Below, piece after piece: positions 9,715 to 18,881 of a stretch of 37,633 bases of DNA. Under the pieces are notes generated by a model. It saw only the letters and a list, made by a program, of their open reading frames with translations. It had not been told where the DNA came from and searched no databases. Location: the sequence record DRR723986_3083. One strand, given 5' to 3'. Each line of letters begins with the position of its first letter. The stretch's first letter is position 1. Position numbers and translations under genes: made by a program.

Positions 9715-9879
9715 CTTTTTCCTCCCTGAAGATGAGATCAGATCCTTTTCGGTAGATCTGCGGTGGAGCCCTCCCAAGCCCTTGCACCATACCGTAGCCA
9801 TTCGTCGTGCCCCTTGCTCACGCTCGAGATCGGGGCGGTATTCACATCACCTCATGCATTTCAGCAATCGAACTTAATC

Positions 9880-9895
9880 GTGCAATCGATTGCAC
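9880..9895. promoter_or_regulatory. LacI-family operator 1
   Basis: Perfect palindrome GTGCAATCGATTGCAC with the central CG typical of LacI/GalR sites. Confidence 0.8.
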
Positions 9896-10180
9896 AGATA
9901 TTCGCAATAATATGCGCGACGAAAATCGTCACGCTCTGATCCGGATGTGCCGGACAGGAAATGTCTGACTCCCTCCCAAATCATCGATAGCGCCCGAAAT
10001 AGGTGTCCTGTTTCAGAGCGTTGGGCCGACGCCTCTCCCAAGGCTGACTGTCCCAAATCGAAGCACAGATCTTTCGCTCGTCCAACCCGCTTCGGGTCGG
10101 TCCTCGCCACAATGAATGAACCGCACGTACCAGTGCGGTGCCCATTTCAGGCAAGTCGCAGAACGCGAAATCCAAATCTC

Positions 10181-10194
10181 TGCAATCGATTGCA
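10181..10194. promoter_or_regulatory. LacI-family operator 2
   Basis: TGCAATCGATTGCA, identical core to operator 1. Confidence 0.8.
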
Positions 10195-10235
10195 TAATCG
10201 GTAACACGATCACAAACGAGGTGTCAACAGTTTTA

Positions 10236-10249
10236 TGCAATCGATTGCG
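10236..10249. promoter_or_regulatory. LacI-family operator 3
   Basis: TGCAATCGATTGCG (one mismatch), just upstream of the LacI start. Confidence 0.75.
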
Positions 10250-10293
10250 AAGAGGGCTCCATCCAGCTATATGGAGGGTGGGAGGACGCAAAG

Positions 10294-11325
10294 ATGAGCC
10301 GACGGCCGACACTGAAGGATATAGCCCGGGAAACAGGTGTTCATGTTTCCACGGTTTCCCGTGCGCTTGATCCGCAAAAGCGCAGCTCGCTGACCGAAGA
10401 AATTGTCGTGAAGATCCGTCAAGCGGCCGACAGGCTGGGGTATCGGCCCAACCGGATTGCCTTCAGTTTGCGCAAGCAGAAGTCGATGACGGTCGGGGTG
10501 ATGATCCCGGATATCACCAACATGATTTTCCCGCCGATCGTTCGCGGCATCGAAAGTGTGATGGAGCCGCTGGGTTATGCTTCCATCATCGTCAACACCG
10601 ATGGTGACAGTGACCGGGAGCGCCGATTGACCGAGACGCTCCAGGAGCGCGGCGTGGATGGCATAATCCATACGGCTGTGTTGCGCAGCGATCCCAATAT
10701 CGTGGAAGCGGCGCGCCAGGGTCTTCCGGTTGTCACGCTGAACCGAAAGGTCGAAGAAGCCGAGATCCCTTATGTGATCAACGACGAGGAAGCCGGGATC
10801 CGCATGATTTTTGATCATCTTCATGATCATGGTCACCGGCGAATTGCGCATCTTGCCGGACCTCGGGACCTGTCGACCGGACTGCTGCGCCGTGAAGCGT
10901 TCTGCTCGGTTGCCCGGGACTACGGACTTTCAGCCGATGCACTTGTCATCGAGGAAGCCTGCCGTTTCGAGGAGGAGGAAGGCCGCCGTTGTGCGAAAGA
11001 GATATTGAGCCGGTCACCGGAGACAACCGCAATTCTGTGCGCCAATGACAGGCTGGCCCTCGGGGCCATGGATTATTGCGCCAGAAACGGGCATCCGTGC
11101 CCCGACAAGATTTCCATCACCGGCTTCAACGACATGCCGTTCCTGGATCTCATTCCGCCCGGCCTCACAACAGTGCGCATAGAACAGTTTGATGCAGGGG
11201 CCACCGCTGCCAGGCTGCTGGTTCAGATGATTGACGGCTGTGACGGCAAGGTTCCAAGGGAAACAGTTCTTCCGGTCAGCCTGAAATGCCGAAACAGCGT
11301 CCTTCGGATAGAAACCGACCATTAG
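10294..11325 (+). CDS. LacI-family transcriptional regulator
   Basis: HTH 'TLKDIARETGVHVSTVSRAL', hinge 'LGYRPNRIAFSL', 'ILCANDRLALG', 'SITGFND', 'LTTVR'. Confidence 0.95.
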   Translation: MSRRPTLKDIARETGVHVSTVSRALDPQKRSSLTEEIVVKIRQAADRLGYRPNRIAFSLRKQKSMTVGVMIPDITNMIFPPIVRGIESVMEPLGYASIIVNTDGDSDRERRLTETLQERGVDGIIHTAVLRSDPNIVEAARQGLPVVTLNRKVEEAEIPYVINDEEAGIRMIFDHLHDHGHRRIAHLAGPRDLSTGLLRREAFCSVARDYGLSADALVIEEACRFEEEEGRRCAKEILSRSPETTAILCANDRLALGAMDYCARNGHPCPDKISITGFNDMPFLDLIPPGLTTVRIEQFDAGATAARLLVQMIDGCDGKVPRETVLPVSLKCRNSVLRIETDH

Positions 11326-11860
11326 AGAGCGCCTGACTTCTGCTGGCCGGGCGATTTTTGCACAGCAGCCTCAAGTGCGCCGTCATCCGGCCCTGGGGTG
11401 AAGAACAGTCACCCCAAAAAGACCAACAACCAGGCACATCGTTCCCTTGGGACGACACTCGTGACAGCGCTTGTCAGCTTCAGGTTGGACGATCGGGGTG
11501 TCCTGATTGCGAGCCTGGTTTGCTTGAGCCCGCATTTCACTGTTGGCTCCTTCCATTTAGTGCCCGATCGACGGGTTCAGAATGTGGTCGCTGAGCCAGA
11601 TCGTTGATGTTCCTTCGGTTCTTTCGCATTCGTTGCCGGACCGTACAGCTGCGTCATCGTTCAGTGCCCGGCTAGTGGCACTCATTCACTCGTCTTTTCA
11701 GATACTTACGAAAGTGACCGATCCGGCAACCCGATGGTTGCTGGATCGTCCTGCTTCTTTCAAACGCTCGGTTCGAGCCGCGGTTGGGCAGCCGCAGCTT
11801 CTGCTCTCTGCGACAAGGCTTCCCAAAAACACTGTAGTCAAGCGTCCCTTGAACAAACTA

Positions 11861-11916
11861 GATCATAATGTGATTGTTATTATTATATTTGTTGAATATA
11901 TATCCACAATATGAGC
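11861..11916. promoter_or_regulatory. Pair of putative operator palindromes in the AT-rich gabD upstream region
   Basis: GATCATAATGTGATT (11861-11875) and ATCCACAATATGAGC (11902-11916) resemble the sites upstream of prpB. Confidence 0.5.
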
Positions 11917-11954
11917 TTTTTGAATTGGGTGTCTAAGCAGGGGGAGATGCATCA

Positions 11955-13412
11955 GTGTTAAAAGACAGGAGCCTTCTCTGCGAAAGCGTCCGTATTGGTG
12001 AAGGCATCTATGAAGCGGGTGTTGGGGGCCTGACCGTCACGAACCCGGCGACCAGCGCTTGCCTCGGCAATGTTCCCAACCTTGGGGGCACTGAGACAGA
12101 ATTGGCCATCAGACATGCCAGAGAGGCACAGGCCGATTGGGCCGCGCAGCCTGCGAAGGCACGGGCTGAGGTGCTTCAGCGCTGGTTTGCGTTGATTGTC
12201 GAGAACGCTGACGATCTGGCGCGGATCATCACCCTGGAACAGGGCAAGCCATTGAAAGAGGCGAAAGGGGAAGTCCTCTACGGTGCCTCCTATGTCGAAT
12301 GGTATGCCGAGGAAGCGCGCCGCACATACGGCGAGACGATACCTGCGACGTCCCGGGACAAGCGCCTCCTGGTGATCAGGCAGCCTGTTGGTGTGGTTGC
12401 GGCGATCACCCCCTGGAACTTTCCGAATGCGATGATCACAAGAAAGGTTGCACCGGCATTGGCTGCCGGGTGCGCAATCATCGTCAAGCCCGCCGAGCAA
12501 ACGCCTTTTTCAGCCCTTGCGCTGGCGACGCTCGCCGAGCGTGCGGGTGTTCCGCCTGGTCTCTTCACGGTTATCACGGGGGACGCGCGCAGGATTGGCG
12601 CAGCGATGACCTCCAGTCCCTTCGTGCGCAAGCTGTCCTTTACCGGCTCAACGGACGTCGGCAAGTTGCTGATGCGGCAGTGCGCCGACACCGTCAAGAA
12701 GATCTCGCTGGAACTCGGCGGCAATGCGCCTTTCATCGTCTTCGATGATGCCGATGTGGAAGCCGCCGTCGAAGGGGCTGTGGTCGCCAAATTCCGCAAC
12801 AGCGGCCAGACCTGCGTTTGCGCCAATCGCATCTATGTGCAGTCGGGTGTTCACGACGCATTCGTTGCCGCTCTGGTGAAACGGATGCGGACCATGAAGG
12901 TCGGCGATGGGCAGGCTGATGATACGGACCTTGGTCCGCTGATTGACGTTTCAGCCATAGACAAGGTCCAGGCGCATATCTCGGATGCAATTGCCAATGG
13001 TGCCAGGATTGACCTGGGCGGAACGCATCATTCCCTTGGTGGCACCTTCTTTCAGCCCACTGTTCTGACCGGTGTGCACCATGAGATGCGCATCGCACGT
13101 GAAGAGACCTTCGGGCCTGTGGCGCCAGTCTTCCGTTTCGACACGGAAGAAGAAGTGATCGCGCTTGCCAACGACAGCGAGTACGGGCTCGCAGCCTACT
13201 TCTTTACACGCGACCTCGCGCGCAGTTGGCGGGTCGGCGAGCGTCTCGAGTACGGCATGGTCGGCATAAACACGGGCCTGATCTCCACTGCCGAAGCACC
13301 GTTCGGCGGCATCAAGCAATCCGGCCTGGGACGGGAGGGATCCCGCCTCGGCCTGGATGAATACCTGGAAGCCAAATACCTGTGTGTTGGCGGAATCGAT
13401 GAAGGAAATTGA
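11955..13412 (+). CDS. gabD: NAD(P)-dependent succinate-semialdehyde dehydrogenase
   Basis: 'ITPWNFPNAMITRK', 'SFTGST', 'ELGGNAPF', 'KFRNSGQTCVCANR', 'EETFGP', 'PFGGIKQSGLGREGS'; GTG start after GGGGAG. Confidence 0.93.
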   Translation: MLKDRSLLCESVRIGEGIYEAGVGGLTVTNPATSACLGNVPNLGGTETELAIRHAREAQADWAAQPAKARAEVLQRWFALIVENADDLARIITLEQGKPLKEAKGEVLYGASYVEWYAEEARRTYGETIPATSRDKRLLVIRQPVGVVAAITPWNFPNAMITRKVAPALAAGCAIIVKPAEQTPFSALALATLAERAGVPPGLFTVITGDARRIGAAMTSSPFVRKLSFTGSTDVGKLLMRQCADTVKKISLELGGNAPFIVFDDADVEAAVEGAVVAKFRNSGQTCVCANRIYVQSGVHDAFVAALVKRMRTMKVGDGQADDTDLGPLIDVSAIDKVQAHISDAIANGARIDLGGTHHSLGGTFFQPTVLTGVHHEMRIAREETFGPVAPVFRFDTEEEVIALANDSEYGLAAYFFTRDLARSWRVGERLEYGMVGINTGLISTAEAPFGGIKQSGLGREGSRLGLDEYLEAKYLCVGGIDEGN

Positions 13413-13413
13413 C

Positions 13414-14292
13414 ATGACGGCATATGAGCCAGCCATTGCAGCGTTTCGGGCAGAAGGCGCCCTGCGTTATGGCGTCCTGACAGGCGATGATCTGGTGGAC
13501 GTGACCGACAATCTGGAAGCCCGGTTCAGCAATCTTCTGGACGTTGTTGCCGCCGGCGCCCTGCCGGAACTGGTCAAGGCCGGCGAGGGGCGTCCGGTGA
13601 GCTATCGCGCGGCAGATGTTGCCTTCCAGATTCCGATCGCCGCTCCCCAGAAGATCATCTGCGTCGGGGTGAACTACCCGGACAGGAACGCAGAGTACAA
13701 GGACGGCCAGGCACAACAGATGCGGCCGTCTCTTTTTCCGCGGTTTGCGAGCGGCTTCACCGGTCATGGCCAGCCACTGATCCGGCCACCGGAAAGCGAT
13801 CAGCTTGATTATGAAGGCGAGATTGCGATCGTCATCGGAAAAGCCGGCCGTCGCATTCCGCGCGAGACGGCATTCGACCATATTGCCGCGATTACCCTTT
13901 GCAACGAGGGAACGATCCGCGACTGGACGCGCCATGCGAAATTCAACGTGACGCAGGGCAAGAACTGGGAAAGGACCGGCAGCATCGGCCCGGCTCTCGT
14001 CCCGCTGCATTCCCCGGCCCAATTGCAGGATGTTGCTCTTGTAACCCGGGTCAACGGTGAGGTTCGCCAGCAGGACAGGACGTCGAGAATGATTTTCGAC
14101 TTCCCCTATATCGTCAATTACGTCTCGACATTTGCACAGCTGATGCCTGGCGACATTCTGGTCTGTGGCACTCCGACAGGTGCCGGCGCAAGGATGGAGC
14201 CCCCTTGCTGGTTGAAGCCGGGTGATATTGTGGAAGTCGAAGCCGAAGGCATCGGTATCCTGCGCAACGGCATTGAGGACGAAAAATGCTGA
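13414..14292 (+). CDS. Fumarylacetoacetate-hydrolase family protein (HpaG-like decarboxylase/isomerase candidate)
   Basis: 'KIICVGVNY', 'LDYEGEIAIVIG', 'QGKNW', 'LMPGDILVCGTPTG'; ATG 13414 after GAAGGA. Confidence 0.88.
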   Translation: MTAYEPAIAAFRAEGALRYGVLTGDDLVDVTDNLEARFSNLLDVVAAGALPELVKAGEGRPVSYRAADVAFQIPIAAPQKIICVGVNYPDRNAEYKDGQAQQMRPSLFPRFASGFTGHGQPLIRPPESDQLDYEGEIAIVIGKAGRRIPRETAFDHIAAITLCNEGTIRDWTRHAKFNVTQGKNWERTGSIGPALVPLHSPAQLQDVALVTRVNGEVRQQDRTSRMIFDFPYIVNYVSTFAQLMPGDILVCGTPTGAGARMEPPCWLKPGDIVEVEAEGIGILRNGIEDEKC

Positions 14293-15086
14293 GTGCCGCG
14301 CAGGTGCAGGACGTGGCGGCCGAACTTCTGGAAGCGGAAGCGACCCGGCAACAGACTGGCCTTCTCAGCGTGCGTTACCCGGACATCTCGCTGGATGATG
14401 CCTATGCCATACAGGGGGCGCAACTTGCGACCAAACTGGCAGTCGGGCGGCGCATCCTGGGGTGGAAAATCGGCCTGACATCCAAGGTTATGCAGAACGC
14501 ACTCGGTATCGATACGCCGGATTCGGGCGTGCTTTATGACGACATGCTGTTCCCGGATGGCGGGCAGGTGCCACGCGGCCGATTTATCGAACCGCGCGTG
14601 GAAGCCGAGATAGCGTTTGTGATGAAGGCGCCAATCGATGGCAACGTGTCCCGTGAAGATGTGATCGCGGCGACGGATTATGTCAGCCCCGCGCTTGAAA
14701 TCCTGGACACCCGCATCTTGCGTGCTGATCCGGAGACGGGAACGCGCCGGCGCATCTTCGACACCGTGGCGGACAATGCCGCCAATGCGGGCGTGGTTCT
14801 GGGAGCTCAACGGCATGACCCCGGCGACGTGGATCTTCGCTGGGTTGGGGCTATCGTCGAACAGGATGGTGAGGTCATGGCCACCGGTCTTGGTGCGGCT
14901 GTCTTGAACGACCCCGTGATGGGGCTCGTCTGGCTTGCCCGGCGGATGGCGAGCTACGGCCACCGCATCGAACCCGGCCAGATCGTCCTGACGGGATCGT
15001 TTATCGGCCCCATCGAATGTCCACCCGGCACGGCGATCCGGGCCGACTTCGGACCGTTTGGCGCCGTCTCCACCAGATTTGCGTGA
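14286..15086 (+). CDS. hpaH: 2-oxo-hepta-3-ene-1,7-dioate hydratase
   Basis: 'DAYAIQ', 'GWKIGLTS', 'PRVEAEIAF', 'PALEILD', 'DTVADNAA', 'VLNDP', 'GSF'. Confidence 0.88.
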   Translation: MLSAAQVQDVAAELLEAEATRQQTGLLSVRYPDISLDDAYAIQGAQLATKLAVGRRILGWKIGLTSKVMQNALGIDTPDSGVLYDDMLFPDGGQVPRGRFIEPRVEAEIAFVMKAPIDGNVSREDVIAATDYVSPALEILDTRILRADPETGTRRRIFDTVADNAANAGVVLGAQRHDPGDVDLRWVGAIVEQDGEVMATGLGAAVLNDPVMGLVWLARRMASYGHRIEPGQIVLTGSFIGPIECPPGTAIRADFGPFGAVSTRFA

Positions 15087-15091
15087 TCGTG

Positions 15092-15853
15092 ATGACCTTA
15101 GCGAAAAACCTCTTCAAGGCGCGGCTTGCAAAGCCGGAGACCCAGATTGGCCTTTGGATGGCGCTGGCACATCCCGGCGCCGCGGAAATTTGCGCAGGAG
15201 CTGGCTTTGACTGGCTCGTCATCGATGCCGAACACGGACCGAACGGGCTTGCCGAAATCATGGCGCAGCTGCGGGTTCTCTCCGGCAGCAGCCATCCGGT
15301 GGTTCGCGTCCGTGAGAATGACCGTGCCCTGATCAAGCAGATGCTGGATATAGGGGCGCAGACAATTCTGGTGCCGATGATCGAAACGGCGGCGGAGGCG
15401 CAGGAAGCCGTGGGTTCGGTCCGTTATCCGCCGGAGGGCGCGCGCGGTGTCGGCGCGGCCCTGGCAAGGGCGTCGGACTATGGTCGCATCACCGACTATC
15501 TGCACACGGCAAACAAGCAGGTGTGTCTGCTTGTGCAGGTCGAAAGCTGCAAGGGCATCGATGCGCTGGACGAGATACTGGCGGTTGAAGGTGTCGATGG
15601 CGTCTTTGTCGGGCCAGCGGATCTGGCCGCGGACATGGGCTATGTCGGCAAGCCCGACGCGGCTCCGGTACAGGCGGTCGTGGTTGAGGCCCTTTCGCGG
15701 ATCAGGGCCGCGGGAAAGCCTGCCGGTATCCTGACGTCCAATCGTGAACTTGCGCATCGTTATGCGCTCATGGGTGTCGAGTTTCTGGCCGTTGGGGCTG
15801 ATGTTGGTGTCTTTGCCCGCGGTCTTGCGGAGTTGAGGCAGGCGTTTCCCTGA
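15092..15853 (+). CDS. hpaI: HpcH/HpaI class II aldolase (4-hydroxy-2-oxoheptanedioate aldolase)
   Basis: 'GFDWLVIDAEHGPN', 'LDIGAQTILVPM', 'RYPPEGARG', 'QVES', 'VFVGPADL'; alternative in-frame GTG at 15083 overlaps the hpaH stop. Confidence 0.9.
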   Translation: MTLAKNLFKARLAKPETQIGLWMALAHPGAAEICAGAGFDWLVIDAEHGPNGLAEIMAQLRVLSGSSHPVVRVRENDRALIKQMLDIGAQTILVPMIETAAEAQEAVGSVRYPPEGARGVGAALARASDYGRITDYLHTANKQVCLLVQVESCKGIDALDEILAVEGVDGVFVGPADLAADMGYVGKPDAAPVQAVVVEALSRIRAAGKPAGILTSNRELAHRYALMGVEFLAVGADVGVFARGLAELRQAFP

Positions 15854-15878
15854 TCATTTCCCGGTTACGGCCGGGTGT

Positions 15879-16055
15879 GTCCATATTATGAACACGCAGG
15901 CCCGTTGCGCGGAAGCGCGGCGGGCCTTTGTTTTTGGCTGTTTTCTGCGGCTGAGGCGGCTCGAAATCATCGGGAAATAACGTATTGACTTTGAAAAAAG
16001 CCATAATATGATCTTTATCAAATAAAGACTTCAAAAAATGATCATATTATGATCA
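15879..16055 (+). promoter_or_regulatory. prpB upstream region: sigma70-like promoter and three operator-like palindromes
   Basis: TTGACT (15985-15990), 16 bp, TATGAT (16007-16012); palindromes GTCCATATTATGAAC (15879-15893), AGCCATAATATGATC (15999-16013) and perfect TGATCATATTATGATCA (16039-16055). Confidence 0.6.
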
Positions 16056-16076
16056 ATCAAAAATGAGAGGTTCATA

Positions 16077-16964
16077 ATGACGACACTTTCGGCAGGCGCA
16101 CGGTTCCGGCAGGCCTTGAAGGAAGAAAATCCGCTTCAGGTCATGGGGTCGATCAATGCCTACACGGCGATGATGGCAGAGCGCGTGGGCTACAAGGCTC
16201 TTTATCTTGCCGGTGCAGGCGTCGCGAACGCATCCTACGGGCTTCCCGATCTCGGCATCACGAACCTGAGTGACGTGCTGACGGATCTCCGCCGCGTTAC
16301 GGATGCAAGCAGTCTGCCGGTCCTGGTTGATGTCGATACCGGCTTCGGCGGTGCCTTCACCATCGCGCGCCTTGTGCGCGGCCTGATCAAGGACGGCGCC
16401 GGTGCCATGCACATGGAAGATCAGGTCCAGCTCAAGCGGTGCGGTCACCGTCCGGGCAAGGAGATCGTTTCCAAGCAGGAGATGGTTGACCGCGTCAAGG
16501 CGGCCGTGGATGCAAAGACCGACGATCAGTTCTTCATTGTTGCCCGCACGGATGCGCTGGCCATCGAGGGCCTGAACGGTGCGATCGACCGGGCCTGTGC
16601 CTACGTCGAGGCTGGCGCCGACATGATCTTCGCAGAAGCCTGCACGGAGTTGTCGCAGTACAAGGCTTTCGTCGATGCACTCGACACGCCGTATCCGGTT
16701 CTCGCCAACATTACCGAGTTTTCCAAGACGCCGAACTTCACTCTGGACGAGCTGCGCAGCGTCGGTGTTTCAGCGGCGCTCTACCCCTTGTCTGCGAATC
16801 GCGCAATGAACGCGGCAGCCCTGAAGGTTTACAAGCATATTCGTGAGGTCGGATCGGCGACCGGTGTGCTGGATATCATGCAGAAGCGCGAGGAACTCTA
16901 CGACTTCCTGAACTACCACGACTACGAAAGGAAGATCGACGAGTTGTTCCAAAGTCGGAAGTAA
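16077..16964 (+). CDS. prpB: 2-methylisocitrate lyase-like enzyme (ICL/PEP mutase superfamily)
   Basis: 'GLPDLG', 'VDVDTGFG', '[16 protein letters not shown]', 'ARTDA', 'ANITEF', 'LYPLSA'. Confidence 0.88.
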   Translation: MTTLSAGARFRQALKEENPLQVMGSINAYTAMMAERVGYKALYLAGAGVANASYGLPDLGITNLSDVLTDLRRVTDASSLPVLVDVDTGFGGAFTIARLVRGLIKDGAGAMHMEDQVQLKRCGHRPGKEIVSKQEMVDRVKAAVDAKTDDQFFIVARTDALAIEGLNGAIDRACAYVEAGADMIFAEACTELSQYKAFVDALDTPYPVLANITEFSKTPNFTLDELRSVGVSAALYPLSANRAMNAAALKVYKHIREVGSATGVLDIMQKREELYDFLNYHDYERKIDELFQSRK

Positions 16965-16984
16965 TTGAGCAAAGGGAGGAAAGA

Positions 16985-17956
16985 ATGCTCACCAAGAGAA
17001 CTTTGTTGTCAATCGCAGCGGGCGCCTTGGCGCTCACAGTGGCGGCTCCGGTTATCGCGCAGGACGCGTTTCCGGAGAAGCCGGTCCGCCTGATTGTGCC
17101 GTATTCGCCTGGAGGGGGGACAGACACTACGGCCCGGATTGTTGCCGACAACATGAAGGAGTACCTGGGGCAGCCTGTCGTCGTCGAAAACCGTCCGGGT
17201 GCGTCCGGAACGGTCGGCACGCTTCTGGCGAAACAGGCAGAAGCTGACGGGTATACCATTCTGTTCGGTATCCAGGCGACGCTTGCGCTGAACCCGTCGC
17301 TTTTCAAGTCGGCGACCTACAACTCGAAAGAAGACTTCTCGGGGATCGCGGTGATCTCCGAGTCGCCCTATGTGGTCACGGTGCCGGGGGATTCCGAAAT
17401 CTCCGACTATGAAGGCTTTGCCGCGGCCGCCACGGAAAACCTGACCATGGCAAACGGAGGCAGCGCGGCGCTTCTGGCGGCGCGTTTGCTGGCCCGGCAG
17501 GCGGATCTCAGCTTCACCAACATTCCCTATTCAGGTTCCGGAGATGCAATTTCCGATATCCTGGCCGGCCGTGTGAATGCGATGATCAGCAGCCCTGTTT
17601 CGGTCCTGCCGCATGTTGAGAGCGGTGCCCTGAAGCCGATCCTCGTCACGAGCACGGACCGTTACGCCGCGCTGCCCGACACGCCAACGGCAGACGAACT
17701 CGGCTTCGACGGTTTCAACGTGGTTGGGTGGTACAGTGTCGTTGCTCCGGCTGGTGTCCCCCAGGAGCGTCTGGACGTTCTGAGCGATGCCTTCAACAAG
17801 ACCATTGCCAATCCGGACGTGCAGGCGAAACTCGAAAGCATCGGTGTAACGCCGTCCCGGCGTGGCCTGAACTCCGCGGCGACGACAGAATTCATCGCCT
17901 CCGAGGTCGACCTGTGGGGCCAGGAAATCAAGGACGCCGGCATCGAGCCGAAGTGA
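16985..17956 (+). CDS. tctC: Tripartite tricarboxylate transporter substrate-binding protein (Bug/TctC)
   Basis: Signal peptide; 'FPEKPVRLIVPYSPGGGTDTTAR', 'VVENRPGASG', 'IPYSGSG', 'LPDTPT'. Confidence 0.93.
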   Translation: MLTKRTLLSIAAGALALTVAAPVIAQDAFPEKPVRLIVPYSPGGGTDTTARIVADNMKEYLGQPVVVENRPGASGTVGTLLAKQAEADGYTILFGIQATLALNPSLFKSATYNSKEDFSGIAVISESPYVVTVPGDSEISDYEGFAAAATENLTMANGGSAALLAARLLARQADLSFTNIPYSGSGDAISDILAGRVNAMISSPVSVLPHVESGALKPILVTSTDRYAALPDTPTADELGFDGFNVVGWYSVVAPAGVPQERLDVLSDAFNKTIANPDVQAKLESIGVTPSRRGLNSAATTEFIASEVDLWGQEIKDAGIEPK

Positions 17957-17996
17957 CCTTTCCCTGAACTTCCATTTCGCAACAATTGAACCTACC

Positions 17997-18019
17997 GGGC
18001 GAGCTTCGGCTCGCCCTTT
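17997..18019 (+). other. cUUCGg stem-loop after tctC (mRNA stabiliser or partial terminator)
   Basis: GGGCGAGC-TTCG-GCTCGCCC followed by TTT. Confidence 0.65.
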
Positions 18020-18032
18020 CAAGGATGGAACC

Positions 18033-18419
18033 ATGCCGCACGCCTGGATCGAATATTCCGGTAATATTGCAGATCAGACCGAGGTCGAAACTTTCGGTCG
18101 CTGTGTCCACGCCGCCATGACGGAAGCCGGTATCTTCCCGATCGCGGGTATCCGCATCCGCATCACCCGCATTGACGATTGCCTGGTCGGTGACATGAAC
18201 CCGGACAACGGGTTCGTCCACTTGTCCCTTCGTATCGGTGAAGGCAGGGATGCGCAGACCAAACAGGAGGCGGCAGACTTGATCTTTGATCGGACTTCGT
18301 CGCATCTGAAGCCTCTCGCTGACCGTGCCCGGCTTGCATACGCAATGGAAATGCAAGAGATCCCGAGTGCTTACAGTTACAAGATGAACAACCTGCACAA
18401 ACACTTGAAAGCCAGCTGA
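18033..18419 (+). CDS. hpaF: 5-carboxymethyl-2-hydroxymuconate isomerase family tautomerase
   Basis: N-terminal catalytic Pro 'MPH...EYSGN', 'GIFPIAGIRIR', 'FVHLSLRIGEGR', 'KMNNLH'. Confidence 0.87.
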   Translation: MPHAWIEYSGNIADQTEVETFGRCVHAAMTEAGIFPIAGIRIRITRIDDCLVGDMNPDNGFVHLSLRIGEGRDAQTKQEAADLIFDRTSSHLKPLADRARLAYAMEMQEIPSAYSYKMNNLHKHLKAS

Positions 18420-18438
18420 CGGTTTTCTGGAGGATGGG

Positions 18439-18879
18439 ATGAAGGCTCTCTTCAAGGCTCAGGACGGGCTGCTGGTCGCGCTCGTAGGTGCAATTTTCCT
18501 CTACGCTTCCCGCGATCTCGACATGGGCGTGCCGCGCAACATGGGGCCGGGGATGTTCCCGGTCGTCCTGAGTGCCTTGACGATTGTCTTCGGATTGCTG
18601 ATCGCGGTCGTCAACGTCGTTCGTGACGTCACCCTTCCAGGGCAATTCCCCTGGCTCGGCCTCTGCGGGGTCGTTGCCTCCATCGCACTCTACGCTCTGC
18701 TGATCGAACGGCTCGGCATCGCACTCACCACCTTGTGTGCGATTTCGGTGCTGGCGCTCGTCATTCCGCGCATGAAATGGCTGGAAACGGTGCTGCTCTC
18801 CATCGGCGTTTCTGCCTTCCTGTGGCTCACATTCGTTCTGGGCCTCGGCATGCCTCTCAGGCTTTTCCCCGGGTTCTGA
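18439..18879 (+). CDS. tctB: TTT small membrane subunit TctB
   Basis: 'MGPGMFP' motif, about four TM segments, C-terminal 'FVLGLGMPL'. Confidence 0.88.
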   Translation: MKALFKAQDGLLVALVGAIFLYASRDLDMGVPRNMGPGMFPVVLSALTIVFGLLIAVVNVVRDVTLPGQFPWLGLCGVVASIALYALLIERLGIALTTLCAISVLALVIPRMKWLETVLLSIGVSAFLWLTFVLGLGMPLRLFPGF

Positions 18880-18881
18880 TC

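Noticed and set aside
9715-9801. N-terminal extensions given by the ORF track (also starts 13357, 15017, 18735, 24272, 33086, 35296)
   Set aside because: Downstream starts have better RBS, signal peptides or family N-termini; several extensions overlap neighbouring genes.
11358-11914. Small ORFs (69-110 aa) in the spacer
   Set aside because: No recognisable motifs or convincing RBS; one runs through the AT-rich promoter region.
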